Assembly (NCBI GenBank): GCA_949299395.1
Contig: CASGAB010000002.1
Location: 113,051 to 177,050 of the forward strand
Direction of reading: 5' to 3'
DNA: 64,000 nt
Source: an uncultured bacterium
GTDB lineage: Bacteria; Bacillota_I; Bacilli_A; RFN20; CAG-826
Within the stretch, counting starts at the first letter, position 1; each line of letters opens with the position of its first letter. The notes under the pieces are model-generated. The model saw only the letters and a program-made list of their open reading frames with translations, was not told the origin of the DNA and made no database searches. Below, in pieces: positions 62,021 to 64,000 of this stretch. The translations under genes were made by a program, and so were the position numbers.

Positions 62021-63175
62021 ATGAAAGTTGCAAAAATTAATAAAGAACAATTAGAAAATATTTTAAAAGGATTAAATGTAACTCCTCAAGCTTTTGAATA
62101 TTTAGACCAAATCTATGATATTTATGAAAATGTTACAGATGGAGCTTTTGAGGTTTTAAATGCTGCTGTTTTTAAAGAATATAATGCAATAAATCCGGTT
62201 GTTATCGTTCTTTATATTATTAACGAACTTGGTTTTTATTTTAATAGTAGAGGCATGAATAAAGAAGGAATTAAAGCTTCTTTTAATGATGAAAATTTCA
62301 TTTCTTTTATTTGTTCAATTGTTTGTGATAAATATTTAACTAATGAACAACTTAACTATAAATCTCCAGCATTTTTAAATAAGTTTAACCCTCAAATATC
62401 GACTTTATCGCTATATCTTAATTTTTGTTTAAACATTTTAAATAAAGACATGAAGTTAAATAAATACGATTCTTTAATTAAAGATATGTTAAAGAATTCG
62501 TTTTCTTTAGCTCAATGTATCGTCAATCTTTTAGTTAATGCTTTCGAAGTTGAAGCTTTTTCAACTTGGAGAACGATGCATGAAAATGAATGTATTTTAT
62601 ATTGTTTAGTTAAAAATGGCGTAAAAACATTCGATTCCTATTTTAGACATATTCAATATTCTTTAGCATATCGTGGACAAATAAAAGATAAAGAAAAAAC
62701 TGATGAAATTTTCCAAGAAATAAAGCAAATCATGAAAGAACATGATTTAAAAAGTAAAGATATGAAAAAATTCATCGAATATGGTTATCTTTTTTCAATT
62801 GAAAATAAAGAATTAAACGTTGATTTTAAACTTAATTTTAGAGATGGTGTTGAGACTTTAGCAGGTTTAAAACATTATTCAAAAATATATGAATTATCTA
62901 GTGAAATTGCGCATTCTTCGCCACTTTTAATTTTTTCTAATCGTGAATATTATTTTAATATTACTCTTTTAAATTTGTATGAATCATTTTTTAGATTAGA
63001 ATCCGTTTTCTTGGGTTTTTATAAAGCTGTATCAACAAAAAATGAAGCTGCACACTATGAGACTTTAGAAAAAGTCTATCTTGCACAGCTTCATAATATT
63101 CATGATGGAATAGCTAGAGCTTTAAAAATTAGAGCTTCTAAGGCTGGACATCTCGATAACAAGAGCCGCCAATAA
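62021..63175 (+). CDS. Hypothetical 384-aa protein with a C-terminal Rx5H (HEPN-like) motif, KIRASKAGH.
   Basis: Uninterrupted ORF with no recognisable family. The motif observation is weak. Confidence 0.45.
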   Translation: MKVAKINKEQLENILKGLNVTPQAFEYLDQIYDIYENVTDGAFEVLNAAVFKEYNAINPVVIVLYIINELGFYFNSRGMNKEGIKASFNDENFISFICSIVCDKYLTNEQLNYKSPAFLNKFNPQISTLSLYLNFCLNILNKDMKLNKYDSLIKDMLKNSFSLAQCIVNLLVNAFEVEAFSTWRTMHENECILYCLVKNGVKTFDSYFRHIQYSLAYRGQIKDKEKTDEIFQEIKQIMKEHDLKSKDMKKFIEYGYLFSIENKELNVDFKLNFRDGVETLAGLKHYSKIYELSSEIAHSSPLLIFSNREYYFNITLLNLYESFFRLESVFLGFYKAVSTKNEAAHYETLEKVYLAQLHNIHDGIARALKIRASKAGHLDNKSRQ

Positions 63176-63989
63176 ATTCTTTTAATATTGAATTACAAGG
63201 GATATAAGTTTCATCGATATCAATAAAATATTTTAATAATTTGATTAATCTTTCAGCATCAGGCCCAAAAGGTCCGTCTTTATCGATATTATTTAATAAT
63301 GGAAGAGCATATTTTTTCATAATGCACAATTCATAATTTAAGAATGAATCAAAGACATAATCAGCGTATTCTTGAGTTTGATAAATCCATTTAAATTCAC
63401 CTCTTCTAACTGAAGGCCACATTGAAATTGTTTCTTCAGCTGATGAATTACGATATTTTGAATCTCTAACAATTCTTCTGATTAATCTAATATCGGTAAT
63501 AGAAATCGGGTTTTCATAATCTATATTGATTTGAGCTTGAGGTGAAATATAAATTTTAAATTTAATATGTTTAGGAATTAAAGGAGTCATTGCTTCATTT
63601 AAAGCATGAATTCCTTCAATAATAATTGGATCATTTGGTCCGATTTTTAATTTTCGATTAAAGATTCTTTGGTTAGTTTTAAAATCAAAGCGAGGCAAAT
63701 TAACTTCTTCGCCACTTAATAAAGCAAGAACATTTTGGTTAAAGAGTTCAACATCTAAAGCATCGATACTTTCGTAATCTTTATTTCCATCTTCATCAAA
63801 AGGAACATTTTCTCTAGTTTTATAGTAATCATCGATAGAAATTCTAACTGGATTTATACCTCTAGAGATAAGTTCAAGAGTTAAACGATCGGCAAAAGTA
63901 GTTTTTCCGCTACTTGAAGGACCTGCAATACAAATTAATCGAATATTTTTAATCTTATCTTGAATAATTTGTCCAAGTTCAGTAAGCAT
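63138..63989 (-). CDS. P-loop nucleoside kinase of the uridine kinase/phosphoribulokinase family. The N-terminus may continue beyond the window.
   Basis: IAGPSSSGKTT Walker A; 283 aa visible. Overlaps the 3' end of the convergent 62021 gene by 38 nt. Confidence 0.6.
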   Translation of the reverse strand: MLTELGQIIQDKIKNIRLICIAGPSSSGKTTFADRLTLELISRGINPVRISIDDYYKTRENVPFDEDGNKDYESIDALDVELFNQNVLALLSGEEVNLPRFDFKTNQRIFNRKLKIGPNDPIIIEGIHALNEAMTPLIPKHIKFKIYISPQAQINIDYENPISITDIRLIRRIVRDSKYRNSSAEETISMWPSVRRGEFKWIYQTQEYADYVFDSFLNYELCIMKKYALPLLNNIDKDGPFGPDAERLIKLLKYFIDIDETYIPCNSILKEFIGGSCYRDVQP

Positions 63990-64000
63990 TCTGTTATGTC

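Noticed and set aside
1-64000. CRISPR array or cas operon accompanying the Cas4-like gene
   Set aside because: No intergenic region contains short regularly spaced direct repeats. The only repeats are the two ~140-bp units at 6066-6712. No cas1/cas2 or effector genes are present.

Overview
This 64-kb window comes from a very AT-rich Firmicutes/Tenericutes-like anaerobe (Erysipelotrichia/Acholeplasma-like, judging by gene content). It uses the standard genetic code: TGA is the stop of rhaB in an ATGA overlap with rhaA, and Trp is encoded by TGG. Almost everything is on the + strand.

Gene content, in order:
- A rhamnose catabolic cluster (GH43-like protein, rhaD, rhaB, rhaA).
- An 830-bp noncoding stretch with two copies of a ~140-bp repeat, ending at tRNA-Ser(GGA).
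- rluD-like, pgcA-like, a Cof-type HAD hydrolase, and divergent trpS/cysS.
- The conserved block cysS, mgtC, rlmB, a sigH-like sigma factor, rpmG, secE, nusG, rplK, rplA, rplJ, rplL, a ybxB-like methyltransferase, rpoB, rpoC, in Bacillus-like synteny. An IS30-family element sits between nusG and rplK; its transposase carries a single in-frame TAA nonsense codon.
- A TetR-like regulator next to a 1218-aa subtilisin-like cell-envelope protease.
- galM-galT-galK, then hpt.
- A MIF-like tautomerase with a GT4 glycosyltransferase and a DUF4422-like gene.
- A lysine (L-box) riboswitch controlling an amino-acid ABC transporter.
- The str operon (rpsL, rpsG, fusA, tuf).
- zupT, an HI0933-family flavoprotein, a metallophosphoesterase, and an Orn/Lys/Arg decarboxylase.
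- tRNA-His(GUG).
- An oxygen-stress pair: desulfoferrodoxin and a flavodiiron/flavin-reductase/rubredoxin fusion, plus a small MazG-like protein.
- A glycerol locus: a GlpA-like FAD oxidoreductase with a BFD domain, an NAD/FAD oxidoreductase, DUF1667, a DUF2974 lipase-like hydrolase, and glpK.

The most interesting part is a tightly packed, extremely AT-rich, SD-less three-gene block directly after glpK (59608-63175). Its first gene encodes a Cas4/AddB-like PD-(D/E)XK nuclease with the iron-staple cysteines CPxxxYL ... CX2CX5C. The other two are large proteins with no recognisable family; the last ends in a HEPN-like Rx5H motif. No CRISPR array or cas genes are present, so this is a candidate uncharacterised defence/accessory module. 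No CRISPR arrays, rRNA genes or prophage were seen.
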